DNA of 64,000 nucleotides from Gemmatimonadota bacterium (GTDB taxonomy: Bacteria > Gemmatimonadota > Gemmatimonadetes > Gemmatimonadales > GWC2-71-9). Position 1 is the stretch's first letter, and each line of letters begins with the position of its first letter. The notes under the pieces are model-generated. The model saw only the letters and a program-made list of their open reading frames with translations. It did no database searches and was not told where the DNA came from. Positions 47,306-56,084 of this stretch are shown here, piece after piece. The stretch covers positions 218 through 64,217 of the forward strand of contig JBDHIS010000018.1 of the NCBI GenBank assembly GCA_039587315.1, in the 5' to 3' direction. A program made the translations under genes and the position numbers.

Positions 47306-47368
47306 CCGCGTAGCCAAGTGATGACGCGGGCAAATCGTTGACGAGGGTAAAGGCCCTTGGCTACGCGG
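47306..47368 (-). terminator. 13-bp perfect inverted repeat (CCGCGTAGCCAAG ... CTTGGCTACGCGG, 37-nt loop) spanning the stop codon of the metallophosphoesterase gene
   Basis: Arms at 47306-47318 and 47356-47368. No U-tract, so it may be an RNA-stability or processing element rather than a terminator. Confidence 0.4.
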
Positions 47369-48770
47369 GGCCCTCTCTCAGACTCCCTCGCCAGTACTCC
47401 CAGTGGCTGCGGCGCGCGCCTCCCGCCTTCACGTCCTCGCCCGGGGCGTAGAAGGTGACGTGTGTGATCTGGTCCCGGCGGGCGAAACCTCCGAACCTCC
47501 CCGCCTCCACCACGTCGAGCCACGTGCCGGTGTTGAAGTAGACTCTCTCGTCGGCGGGGTCCCCGCCGGCGCGCCCGGCGAGTGGAATGAGGGTGGGGCG
47601 ATGCGTGTGTCCCGATACGATGTACCGCGCCTCCGAGTGCTCGCGCCGCAGCCAGGCTCCGAACCGGCCGCCTGTCAGCTGTTCCATCAAACCGCGGTTC
47701 CTCTCTTCGAGGGTGCGCGATGATCCGGCGCGGCGCGCGAACAGCTTCCACGCCCCATCGAGGTCGCTTGGCCTCCCGATGCCGAGCTTGAGGAAGAGGC
47801 TCTGCACCGGTGACAGCAGCCCCCACCATCGCACGAAGTCGTCGCGCAGGAACTCATCCAACACAGAGAGCGCAGCCTTCGTGACCGCGCGCTCTGTCTT
47901 GGCGTCGCGGCCGAGTCCCCACTCCTTGAGCCACCTGATACCCGCCATTTGCGGTCGCACGAGGTCTATCTCCTCGAGCGATCGGATGACCGGGTCATCG
48001 GGGCCGAGCCCCGTATCGCTCCGGATCCGCTGTAGCAGGCGACTCCCGAACGTCACCGTGACCACGTCGCCCAGTGACGGGAAGTCGTACCACGGGCTCG
48101 AAACCGGATCCTGCGGGGCGCCCTTTCCCCCGAAGTTGTCACTCGAGAGTTGGTGGCCGTGAAAGGCGAGCACCGAGTACTCGGGGTGGCTCTCGACCCA
48201 GGGGAATGGATGCTCCGGGTCGTGGTCCAGCGAGAAGGCGCGTGCCATCGCATCGCGCGTACCTTCGGTGTACTGCACCAGACGGTCGTGGTTTCCCGGG
48301 ATCAACCGAAAGTTGACCGAGGGCGCGTCGGCGCCGCTGCCCCACAGGCTGGGCGATCCGCTCTTGAACTCCTGCCAAAGAGAGATGTTGTCGGCGTTGG
48401 CTGCGGCTATTTCGTCCAACACCCGCACCGTGTGGTGCTCGAGCTCGTCCCGCTGAAATCTCGCGTCTTCGCCACCGGTCGCCTTCACCTTCTTGCCGCG
48501 AGCTATCTCACCCAGCGTGTCACGCCAGTGACTCCAGGGTGTGTAACTGTAGCCGTCGCTCTGTGTGGAGCGTCCGTCCACCCAGTATGGCGATCGGTTG
48601 ATGTCGAAGATGTCGCCGAGAAAGACGACTGTGAGCTCGCGGACGTTGGCGCTGCGGACCTGCGGGATCAGGTTCTGTTCGAGGAAGCCTCGGGTAGCTT
48701 CGGGGCTGACTGTGAGCCTGGAATCATCGCGTAGGTGGAGATCGCTGATCACGACCAGCACTAGCGCCAC
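47361..48770 (-). CDS. Calcineurin-like metallophosphoesterase with a large inserted/C-terminal region
   Basis: VISDLHL, FLGDIFD, IPGNHD, FHGHQ, SGHTHRP motifs. 469 aa. 10-nt overlap with the upstream dipeptidase gene. Confidence 0.8.
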   Translation of the reverse strand: MALVLVVISDLHLRDDSRLTVSPEATRGFLEQNLIPQVRSANVRELTVVFLGDIFDINRSPYWVDGRSTQSDGYSYTPWSHWRDTLGEIARGKKVKATGGEDARFQRDELEHHTVRVLDEIAAANADNISLWQEFKSGSPSLWGSGADAPSVNFRLIPGNHDRLVQYTEGTRDAMARAFSLDHDPEHPFPWVESHPEYSVLAFHGHQLSSDNFGGKGAPQDPVSSPWYDFPSLGDVVTVTFGSRLLQRIRSDTGLGPDDPVIRSLEEIDLVRPQMAGIRWLKEWGLGRDAKTERAVTKAALSVLDEFLRDDFVRWWGLLSPVQSLFLKLGIGRPSDLDGAWKLFARRAGSSRTLEERNRGLMEQLTGGRFGAWLRREHSEARYIVSGHTHRPTLIPLAGRAGGDPADERVYFNTGTWLDVVEAGRFGGFARRDQITHVTFYAPGEDVKAGGARRSHWEYWRGSLREGPA

Positions 48771-49906
48771 CCCACCTCGAGGACACGCGTCGCGTTGCCA
48801 CCGAGGATCTTCATGACGTCGTCCTCCGCCACCCCGCGATCGAGCAGCATTTGCGTGACCTTGGGAAGCTCCGACGCATCCCGGACGTCGTCGGGTGGAT
48901 CCGTGAACCCGTCAAAGTCGGTGCCGAGCATCAAGTGGTCCCAGGATCCGGTCACGTCGTGCACATGCTCGATGGTCTTCCAGATCATCTCGAGCCCGTA
49001 CTTGGGTTCGTCCGGAGAGAGCCAGTACGTCATGAAAATGACGCCCACGGCACCGCCGCTCGCGGCTATCTCGCGCAGCTCGTCGTCGGTGAGGTTGTAG
49101 GGGTCATTCCGCAGCTGTGCCACGCCGATGTGAGTCGCGAGCAGCGGCACGCTGCCCCCCAGTTCCGCATAGACCTCTGCGCGGGCAGCGGGCGTGCAGT
49201 GGGTCACGTCCACGAGCATCCGGCGCTCGACCATCTTGCGCAGCAACTCCCGCCCCAGATCCGTGAGGGGCGGCGTGCCGCCGGCGCCGAACTGGAAGGT
49301 GCACAGCTTGCGCAGCCAGAGATCCTCCGGCATCCCGTCCACGTGCGCCACGAATCCATTGTCGTAGAAGTGAGCGAGAGTGATCATGGCGACGCCTCGA
49401 TCGGCGAGAACGTCGAGCCGCTCGGGGTCCCGGTCCAGCATGTGCGCGCCCTCGAGCGTGTGCACGATGGCGATCTTCCCGGCTTCACGAATGCGCCGCA
49501 GGTCCGCGGCCGACTTGGCCAACTCGACGCGGTCGGGACGCCGCGCGATCTCATGCTCCATGGCATCCATCATCTCGAGCAGCCGGTCGAACGGGTGGCC
49601 GGTGGTGATCTTGCGATGGCCTGGGAGTAGCAGAGCCGAGATGACTCGCAGCAGGAAGCAATCTTCGAGCAATTGGCGCTCGGGGATGTAGTTGGCGGAC
49701 CAGACGACGCCGACTCCGCCTCTTTCGAGTCGGTGGAAATCGGTGCGCGACGCGAACGGGCTGAGGACCGCGCTGGAGCGGTAGTGCCGCCACAGGTTGC
49801 GGCGGAACAGGTACGCCTTCATTGCGGGATGCGCGTGTGTGTCGGTCAGTGGCGCTTCCCTGTGCAGCCTGGCGATGTTCCCATTCAACTGGCTCATGGG
49901 CCTCAA
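48761..49906 (-). CDS. Membrane dipeptidase (peptidase family M19)
   Basis: TDTHAHP, IVHTLEGAH, VDVTHC, DHLMLGTDFDGF, KILGGNATRVL motifs. Confidence 0.82.
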   Translation of the reverse strand: MRPMSQLNGNIARLHREAPLTDTHAHPAMKAYLFRRNLWRHYRSSAVLSPFASRTDFHRLERGGVGVVWSANYIPERQLLEDCFLLRVISALLLPGHRKITTGHPFDRLLEMMDAMEHEIARRPDRVELAKSAADLRRIREAGKIAIVHTLEGAHMLDRDPERLDVLADRGVAMITLAHFYDNGFVAHVDGMPEDLWLRKLCTFQFGAGGTPPLTDLGRELLRKMVERRMLVDVTHCTPAARAEVYAELGGSVPLLATHIGVAQLRNDPYNLTDDELREIAASGGAVGVIFMTYWLSPDEPKYGLEMIWKTIEHVHDVTGSWDHLMLGTDFDGFTDPPDDVRDASELPKVTQMLLDRGVAEDDVMKILGGNATRVLEVGWR

Positions 49907-49958
49907 TCTGGCGCCGCGGCCGCTCCCTCGCGACCTTCCTGTGAACTCGGGAGGTAGG

Positions 49959-51206
49959 ATGTCGACGCTGCGAGTGTTTCAACGCCTGGCCGCCGGATGC
50001 GGGATAGCGGCCCTCGGCTGCGCAGGCCCCGCCGACGGATCGCCCGGTGCGGACTACGAGTCAGAGACGTCCCGGGCCCGGCTCGAGATTGCGGAAACTC
50101 CCGAGCTCCGTGTCTGGGCCCTCGATCTGGGCGAGCCGGCTCCGGGGGCCAACGTATTCTACGCGGCCGTCAAGAACCGCACGGGACAACCGGTGACACT
50201 CTCCCTGGATCTCCGGGCGTCCCCCGGCCTGTGGCTTCTACCCAACTGGCAGCGGCAGAGTAGGATCGAGCTGCATCCCTACGAGGTGCGCCTGATCGAG
50301 GCGCCCTATGAGTTCACTCGCATGTCGGTCGAGGGCGCGCTGCGCGTGCGGTTCGGCCGTGTGATGGAGACGAGCCGTGGAGAGGCGGACGTAGATCGGT
50401 TCTTCGAGGAGTCATACCGGGTGGGAGCAGGCAATCCCGCGGCGTTGAGCCCCGCGGACTTCTTCGACAGCCTGGCTACGGCGCACCTCGACATCTATGC
50501 GTGGAGAGGATCGGTTGCGGCCGGGCAGATGCAGGCGATCGGCGGGCGGCGTGAGGCCGCCCTCGAGGCGATCGCCGACGAGCTCGGCGTGACTTTCCCG
50601 GACCGTGTGCGGCTGGTGTTCTATCCCGACTCCGCGACAAAGACCGATCAAACTGGTCATGTTGGGGCTGGGTGGGCTTGGGGCAACAACATCATCGAGA
50701 TCTACAACGACCTGATCAGGCTCGATCCGTACCACGAGCTTGCGCACGTGGTGGCACGCCGGTTGGGTGATCCCCCGGCGCTTTTGAGCGAGGGCTTTGC
50801 AACGTACGTGTCGGAGCGCCTGGGGGCGGACGCCCTGGAGTTCCTCGGGCATCCCGGCCTCACCGCCGACCAGGTGGCCTGCGAGTCGGCCGGGGTCGGC
50901 GGGCTGATACCGCTCGACACACTGTTCGGCTTCACCGAGATTGGTAGCCAGGCCTCGAACCCGCCGGTGGCGTACCCCCAGGCGGCTTCCTTCGTGAAGT
51001 TCCTCGTCGAGCGCTACGGCATCGACACGTTTCGGGATGCGTACCGAATGCTGGCGAGCACCGATGAGCCCGCCGGCGTGCTCGCGAACGAGGAGGCGTT
51101 CGCAGCCATCTATGGCGCGACACCGGGCGGGCTGGAGCGGTCCTGGCGGCAGCGGATTGGATGCCCCGTTTCGTTTCCGAGGGCACGGGCGGTGACTCCC
51201 AACTAA
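49959..51206 (+). CDS. Secreted putative zinc metallopeptidase (HExxH-like HELAH)
   Basis: The ATG at 49959 follows GGGAGG. N-terminus MSTLRVFQRLAAGCGIAALGCAG. PYHELAHVVARRLG motif. Family assignment is tentative. Confidence 0.5.
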   Translation: MSTLRVFQRLAAGCGIAALGCAGPADGSPGADYESETSRARLEIAETPELRVWALDLGEPAPGANVFYAAVKNRTGQPVTLSLDLRASPGLWLLPNWQRQSRIELHPYEVRLIEAPYEFTRMSVEGALRVRFGRVMETSRGEADVDRFFEESYRVGAGNPAALSPADFFDSLATAHLDIYAWRGSVAAGQMQAIGGRREAALEAIADELGVTFPDRVRLVFYPDSATKTDQTGHVGAGWAWGNNIIEIYNDLIRLDPYHELAHVVARRLGDPPALLSEGFATYVSERLGADALEFLGHPGLTADQVACESAGVGGLIPLDTLFGFTEIGSQASNPPVAYPQAASFVKFLVERYGIDTFRDAYRMLASTDEPAGVLANEEAFAAIYGATPGGLERSWRQRIGCPVSFPRARAVTPN

Positions 51207-51218
51207 GGGAGGTTCCAC

Positions 51219-51605
51219 ATGTTGACCGACGAGGACCGCAAGGGGATCGACGGTGTGCGGGCAGCTCTCAGCGATGCAATTGTAGCGGGCGATGCCGGCA
51301 CCTATGTCGCATGCTTTACTTCGGATGCCTTCGTGATGCATCAAGACACCCCGTCCGTACAGGGCGCCGGCCCCATCAGGGAGCACACGGAGCAGATCTT
51401 CAGTGCCACAACCGTGACGAAGCTGGTTCTCACGCCGGTCCGCGTTGATGGTGGGGAGGGTGTAGCTTGGGAAGTCGGTGTCCAGGAGCTGGCCGTCGAA
51501 CCGCCCCTGGAGGGGTTCAAATCCAAGCGGAAGTATCTGCATGTTTATGAGAGGCAGGCGGACGGCACGTGGAAGATCGCGGCGGGGATGTCCTCCAACG
51601 ATTAG
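51219..51605 (+). CDS. SnoaL-like / DUF4440 (NTF2 fold) protein
   Basis: Size of 128 aa, motif FTSDAFVMHQDTP..G...I and C-terminal YERQADGTWKIA. Confidence 0.68.
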   Translation: MLTDEDRKGIDGVRAALSDAIVAGDAGTYVACFTSDAFVMHQDTPSVQGAGPIREHTEQIFSATTVTKLVLTPVRVDGGEGVAWEVGVQELAVEPPLEGFKSKRKYLHVYERQADGTWKIAAGMSSND

Positions 51606-51729
51606 ATACCCGAGGTCGTGTGGGCCAAGCCCGCAACTATGAAATCGGCATTAACTCGTCATCAGGATGCGGCCGGCCCAAGGCGGCGGCCGTAAATTGC
51701 GCGATAACCCGAGGAGAGGTGGGGAGACG

Positions 51730-52863
51730 ATGAAGCGGGTGTTCTTTGTCATGCTATGCGCCGCTCTTGTCGCACCTGCGGCGGCGGCGCAGGAAGATGG
51801 GTTCGATTTCACGGTAGTGAGTGACGTAGCGACGACTTCGGTCAAGAACCAGGGACGCACGGGTACGTGCTGGAGCTTTGCCTCGTCGTCCTTCATGGAG
51901 ACCGAGCTCTTGCGGATGGGCAAGGAGGGTGTGGATCTCTCCGAGATGTACTTCGTGCGCGTCACGTACCCGCAGAAGGTCGCGAACTACGTACGGCTGC
52001 ACGGCAGTACCGCTCTGGGTCAGGGCAGCCTCGCAGGTGACGTCGTCCGCGCCATCAGGAAGTACGGCGCCGTGCCGCAGGAAGTCTACGAAGGTCGCCG
52101 CTACGGAGCGCCGGGGCACGACCATGGCGAGCTGTTTGCCCTGATCCAGGCAGCGGCAGACGCCCTGGTGGAACGCCGTACACTGAGCCCGGTGTGGCCC
52201 GACGCCATCGACGGCATCCTGGACGCGTACCTGGGGCCGATTCCAGAGCAGTTCACGTATCGCGGCCGGAGCTACACTCCGGAGTCTTTCGCCGAGTGGC
52301 TGGGACTGGGTCCCGACGAATACGTGGAGCTAACGTCCTTTACCCACCACCCGTTCAACACATGGTTCGCTGTCGAGATCCCGGACAACTGGGCTCGAAA
52401 CAAGAGCTACAACGTGCCGCTCGACGATCTGATGGGCGTGATCGACAACGCGCTCGAGAACGGGTACTCGGTGGATTGGGACGGTGACGTGAGCGAGCGC
52501 AGCTTCTGTCACGGCAAGGGAGTGGCCGTCCTGCCGCTTGTTCCCTGGGAGTCGCGGTCGAGCGAGGAGCAGGGGCAGGTCTGCGGGGTGCCGCAGCCGG
52601 AGCTGACCGTCACGCCGGAACTGCGGCAGCAGATGTTCGACAACTACTCGTCCACCGACGATCACCTGATGCATCTCGTTGGCATAGCGCGCGACCAGAA
52701 CGGAACCAAGTACTACGTGACGAAGAACTCCTGGGGCGAGACCGGCGCCGAGGATGGTTACGTGTACATGTCCGAGCAGTACGTCCGCGCCAAGACGGTC
52801 AGCATCATGGTGCACCGGGACGCGCTGCCGGGGAGTCTCAGGAGCAGTGTGGCGGAGGAGTAA
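51730..52863 (+). CDS. C1B family cysteine aminopeptidase (PepC/bleomycin hydrolase-like), with signal peptide
   Basis: The ATG at 51730 gives MKRVFFVMLCAALVAPAAAAQ. Active-site region VKNQGRTGTCWSFASSSFME. C-terminal NSWGE..G..GY.YMS. Confidence 0.85.
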   Translation: MKRVFFVMLCAALVAPAAAAQEDGFDFTVVSDVATTSVKNQGRTGTCWSFASSSFMETELLRMGKEGVDLSEMYFVRVTYPQKVANYVRLHGSTALGQGSLAGDVVRAIRKYGAVPQEVYEGRRYGAPGHDHGELFALIQAAADALVERRTLSPVWPDAIDGILDAYLGPIPEQFTYRGRSYTPESFAEWLGLGPDEYVELTSFTHHPFNTWFAVEIPDNWARNKSYNVPLDDLMGVIDNALENGYSVDWDGDVSERSFCHGKGVAVLPLVPWESRSSEEQGQVCGVPQPELTVTPELRQQMFDNYSSTDDHLMHLVGIARDQNGTKYYVTKNSWGETGAEDGYVYMSEQYVRAKTVSIMVHRDALPGSLRSSVAEE

Positions 52864-52895
52864 CCGTCCCCGACCGACCGAATCCGCTTCGAACG

Positions 52896-52923
52896 AGAGG
52901 GGCCGGCGAGTGCCGGCCCCTCT
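52896..52923. terminator. Bidirectional terminator hairpin (AGAGGGGCCGGC-GAGT-GCCGGCCCCTCT) between convergent genes
   Basis: Perfect 12-bp stem with a 4-nt loop. Confidence 0.7.
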
Positions 52924-52957
52924 TGCGTGAGTCCACCTGGTCCCGCTCCATGGCGGG

Positions 52958-53542
52958 TCAGCTGCAGCTCACGTCCTCCCGGGTGCGGCGGAAGACCATG
53001 TCGCCCTGAACGAGGATCGTATCGCCGTCCCCATTTGCCAGGGCGAGGTTGAGCCTGAGGTTGAGTGGTGCTGCGTCCAGAACGACGGCCGTCCCCGCCG
53101 CCGCTGTGGCCTGGAAGTCTCCGAGCTTGAAGCTCACGAGTAACGGCGTGCCCGGAGCGTCGAGGAATCCCCAACCTCCGCCGGTAGCTGCCTGTGTCAC
53201 GGTGATCGTGTCGCCATCCAGGGCCTCGACTCCGAGTACCATCGAAAGCCAACCGGGCTGGGGGAATCCCTGATCCAGGGTCCATGCGGCCCCGACCGTG
53301 CTCTCGCTACCGTCGATGAGAGCCCCGACGAGCCGGTTGTAGATGCCGGGGTTCACGTTTCCCGGCGTCACGGTACCCACCAGCGTCAAGAACGTCGGCG
53401 TTCCGTTCAACTCCAGATTGGCACCGCCCATCGAGGCGTCGATTCTGTCCGACACGCAGTCGCCGAACGCGGTGCAAGCGGACATCGCGACCAGCGTCCC
53501 TATCGCTCCCGCTGCAGCGAGGATTCCCAACCGTTTCACCAT
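52958..53542 (-). CDS. Hypothetical lipoprotein
   Basis: MVKRLGILAAAGAIGTLVAMSAC (lipobox); 194 aa. Confidence 0.55.
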   Translation of the reverse strand: MVKRLGILAAAGAIGTLVAMSACTAFGDCVSDRIDASMGGANLELNGTPTFLTLVGTVTPGNVNPGIYNRLVGALIDGSESTVGAAWTLDQGFPQPGWLSMVLGVEALDGDTITVTQAATGGGWGFLDAPGTPLLVSFKLGDFQATAAAGTAVVLDAAPLNLRLNLALANGDGDTILVQGDMVFRRTREDVSCS

Positions 53543-53632
53543 CTAATGTCGCCCCCCCTTTTTGCTTTCCGCAGTGGCGTGAAGACCGCCCCACCGTTGG
53601 GTAGCACTCGAATCGTAATACACATGCCCGCC

Positions 53633-53661
53633 TTGACAGGTGCGCCGCCTGGAGTTATAGT
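53633..53661 (+). promoter_or_regulatory. Consensus-like sigma70 promoter TTGACA-17 bp-TATAGT for blaI-blaR
   Basis: -35 at 53633-53638 and -10 at 53656-53661, 39 nt upstream of the blaI start. Confidence 0.7.
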
Positions 53662-53671
53662 GGTCACGGAA

Positions 53672-53689
53672 ATGTTACAACTGTAACAT
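53672..53689 (+). promoter_or_regulatory. BlaI/MecI-type operator, perfect palindrome ATGTTACA-AC-TGTAACAT
   Basis: 8-2-8 inverted repeat containing the TACA/TGTA core known for BlaI/MecI operators. It sits between the -10 and the start codon. Confidence 0.7.
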
Positions 53690-53699
53690 CGAGGCTGAT

Positions 53700-54092
53700 G
53701 TGGGACACAGCAAGCGCGGACTACCCAAGCTCTCCCAGGCAGAGCTCGAGGTCATCCAAGTCATTTGGGATCGAGGGCGGCTCAGCGCCCGTGAAGTACA
53801 CGAGGCAGTCGCTGAGCAGGAGAAGTGGGAGTACTCCACCACACGGACGGTGCTCGGGCGATTGGTGAAGAAGGGCGCCGTATCGAAGAAGACGTTTCAC
53901 GGCATCCAGCTGTACGAGGCGAAGATCTCCCGTGCCGAAGGGCTGGCTCAACGCGTGAGGGACTTCGCGGAGCGCGTGGTGCAGGTGGACCCGGCGCTCG
54001 TGGTGCCGCTGTTTGCTGCGGGCAATGCGCTCGCCCCGGAGGAGATCGAGGAGATCTCACGGATTCTGGAGGGAGAGGGGAGAGGCCGGTGA
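53700..54092 (+). CDS. blaI: BlaI/MecI/CopY family transcriptional repressor
   Basis: LSQAELEVIQVIWDRGRLSAREVHEAV....WEYSTTRTVLGRLVKKGAVS winged-helix signature. 130 aa. Confidence 0.9.
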   Translation: MGHSKRGLPKLSQAELEVIQVIWDRGRLSAREVHEAVAEQEKWEYSTTRTVLGRLVKKGAVSKKTFHGIQLYEAKISRAEGLAQRVRDFAERVVQVDPALVVPLFAAGNALAPEEIEEISRILEGEGRGR

Positions 54093-55598
54093 TGTCGCTG
54101 CTTCAGCTGCTGGGCGCGGAGGTCGTGCTCTCCACGCTCCTATTCGCCCTCGTTTGGCCGCTCAGCCGGCTGCTCCCGCCGCGGTGGTGCAGGCTGCGAC
54201 ACCTGCTATGGGCACTCGTGCTGGTGCGACTCGTGCTGCCACCCGGTTTGGGCGCGCCCTGGTCGCTGTGGAGTCTCGCGAGCGTATCCGGAGTGGAGCT
54301 CCCTGTCGTGTCGACTCACGGGGCCGAGCTGGACGCACCGGGGGTGCTCGGGACTCCCCGGCCTCGCACCTTTGCAGGCGTCAGCTCCGGCCTGGATTGG
54401 GCGCCGATGCCTCTCTGGGGCATGGCTCTGCTCGCGCTTTGGGCGCTGGGCGCCGTGGGCGTGGGATCGGTGATGATCGCCAGGCGGCACACCTATCGTG
54501 CCCTCGCTAGGACGGCTGCCCCGGTAACGCAGCCGGACTTGCTGGCCAAGCTCGAGCACTGGCGGAAGCGGATGCGCGTGCGGCGCCGCGTTCGACTGGT
54601 CCTCAGCGGTGCCGTTCGGTCGCCGTTCACGATCGGCTCCCTGCACCCGGTCATCGTGCTTCCCGGGCGGGTCGGCAGAGCGCCCACGCCGGAATTCGTG
54701 GATTGCGCGATCGCTCACGAGATGGCGCACGTGCGGCATTGGGACGACCTCTGGCTCCAGCTCCAGGCCGCCGTCACATCTGTCTACTTCTTCCACCCCG
54801 TTGCGTGGGCAGCCGCGAGGCAAGTGCGCGACGCCGCCGAGCAGGTGTGTGACCAGGCGGTACTGCTGCGTGGGCGGATGCGTCCGAGGACCTACGGCGG
54901 TGCGCTGCTCGACTTCCTGCGGTGGGGCACGCCGGGCTCAGCCCATGCTGTCTCGGCGCTTGCCGCCGCGCCGCGACGGACGACCCGGAGGTTCGAAGCC
55001 ATAATGCAGCCGTCTTTCTTGCGGCCGCGCGCGGCGGTCTCGTGGACCGCCGCCGTACTGGTCGCCGTCGGGCGCGGCGGTCTCGTGGACCGCCGCCGTA
55101 CTGGTCGCCGTCGGAACGCTTCCCATGGCAGTGCGTCCTGCGGCGACGCCCGCGGCAATCCAGGTTCTGGGTGCCGCCGTTGCCACGCAACAGCCGGCGT
55201 TTCAGGACCCCGTCCCCGGGGCGAGGGTCACTTCACGGCACGAGGCAGAAATACGTCACCCGGCGACCGGGGAGTTGAGGGTCCACTCCGGAGTGGACCT
55301 GGCAGCGCCTGTCGGCACTCCGATTCTCGCAGCAGCCGGGGGTACGGTTGTCGCCGCGACCAGCGAGTACGCTGAGCAGCCTGCGCGCGGCCTGGTCGTC
55401 GTCCTGGACCACGGTCAGGGATACATGACCTACTACGGGCATCTCGAGTCGTTCGACGTAGGCCCCGGGGAGGTGGTCCGAGCGGGTGCCACTGTAGGTC
55501 TGGTGGGTTCCACGGGGCTTTCCACGGGACCGCATGTGCACTTCGAGATCTGGGCGGGCGGTGAGAGCGTGAACCCTCTCGATTACATCGAGCGCTAG
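54092..55598 (+). pseudogene. BlaR1-like M56 peptidase signal transducer fused to a C-terminal M23 peptidase domain; frame broken by the 43-bp tandem duplication
   Basis: The ATG overlaps the blaI stop (ATGA-type). M56 HExxH in IAHEMAHVRHWD. After 55071 the frame runs out and stops at 55375. ORF 55125..55598 carries M23 motifs HSGVDLAAPVGTPI and GPHVHFEI. Removing one 43-bp copy gives a single 487-aa ORF (...AAVLVAVGTLPMAVRPAATP...). Confidence 0.85.
55029..55114. repeat. Perfect 2 x 43 bp tandem duplication (unit GCGCGGCGGTCTCGTGGACCGCCGCCGTACTGGTCGCCGTCGG)
   Basis: Base-by-base comparison shows 55029-55071 is identical to 55072-55114. The flanks differ (55028 c vs 55071 g; 55072 g vs 55115 a). 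The unit length is not a multiple of 3. Confidence 0.97.
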
Positions 55599-55621
55599 TA
55601 GAGTTTCCACAAAGCGAGAAG

Positions 55622-55650
55622 CGGCGTCCCGTGTTGCGGGCGCCGTTTTT
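55622..55650 (+). terminator. Rho-independent terminator after the M56::M23 gene
   Basis: CGGCGTCCCG-loop-CGGGCGCCG (one bulge) followed by TTTTT. Confidence 0.7.
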
Positions 55651-55693
55651 CGTTGGCTCTGACGGCCCTGGTCCGTTTTGCACCAAGTCGCCG

Positions 55694-55782
55694 AGTGACC
55701 ACTGTCACTGAAGCAACGAGCGTGCAATCCACGCTCACTGTCACGCCAGCCGAAACGCTGTCGGGCTGCCTCTCCGACAGCG
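55694..55782 (+). other. Three consecutive stem-loops/palindromes in the leader of the small paralogue pair
   Basis: AGTGAC-CACT-GTCACT (55694-55709); GAGCGTG-CAATC-CACGCTC (55718-55736); CGCTGTCGG-9 nt-CCGACAGCG (55756-55782). Confidence 0.4.
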
Positions 55783-55861
55783 ACATGCATCACAGAACCT
55801 TTCGTCGGAAAGTTGTAAGGTGACGCCGTTGGCTGTCACTCCAGGTGGAGAGTCCTATCCG

Positions 55862-56062
55862 ATGGGAGATAATGGCGGCAGCAGGGCCCGCGACACGCGG
55901 GTGAGCGTGGTGAAGTGGCGGGGGCGGTACCTGTTCCTGGTGGACGGCCGCGGGGATGGCGTGTTCGACAAGTCGTGGGGGATCACGACCTTCGCCACTC
56001 CCGAGGAAGCCCAGCGAGCCGGCGAGCTGTACGTGCTGGCGAGCGCCCAGGGAACCGCCTGA
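55862..56062 (+). CDS. Small hypothetical protein, paralogue A
   Basis: The core RVSVVKWRGRYLFLVDGRGDGVFDKSWGITTFATPEEAQRAGELYV aligns with paralogue B. Confidence 0.5.
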   Translation: MGDNGGSRARDTRVSVVKWRGRYLFLVDGRGDGVFDKSWGITTFATPEEAQRAGELYVLASAQGTA

Positions 56063-56084
56063 CCAACCGCGCGTGCAACACTCC

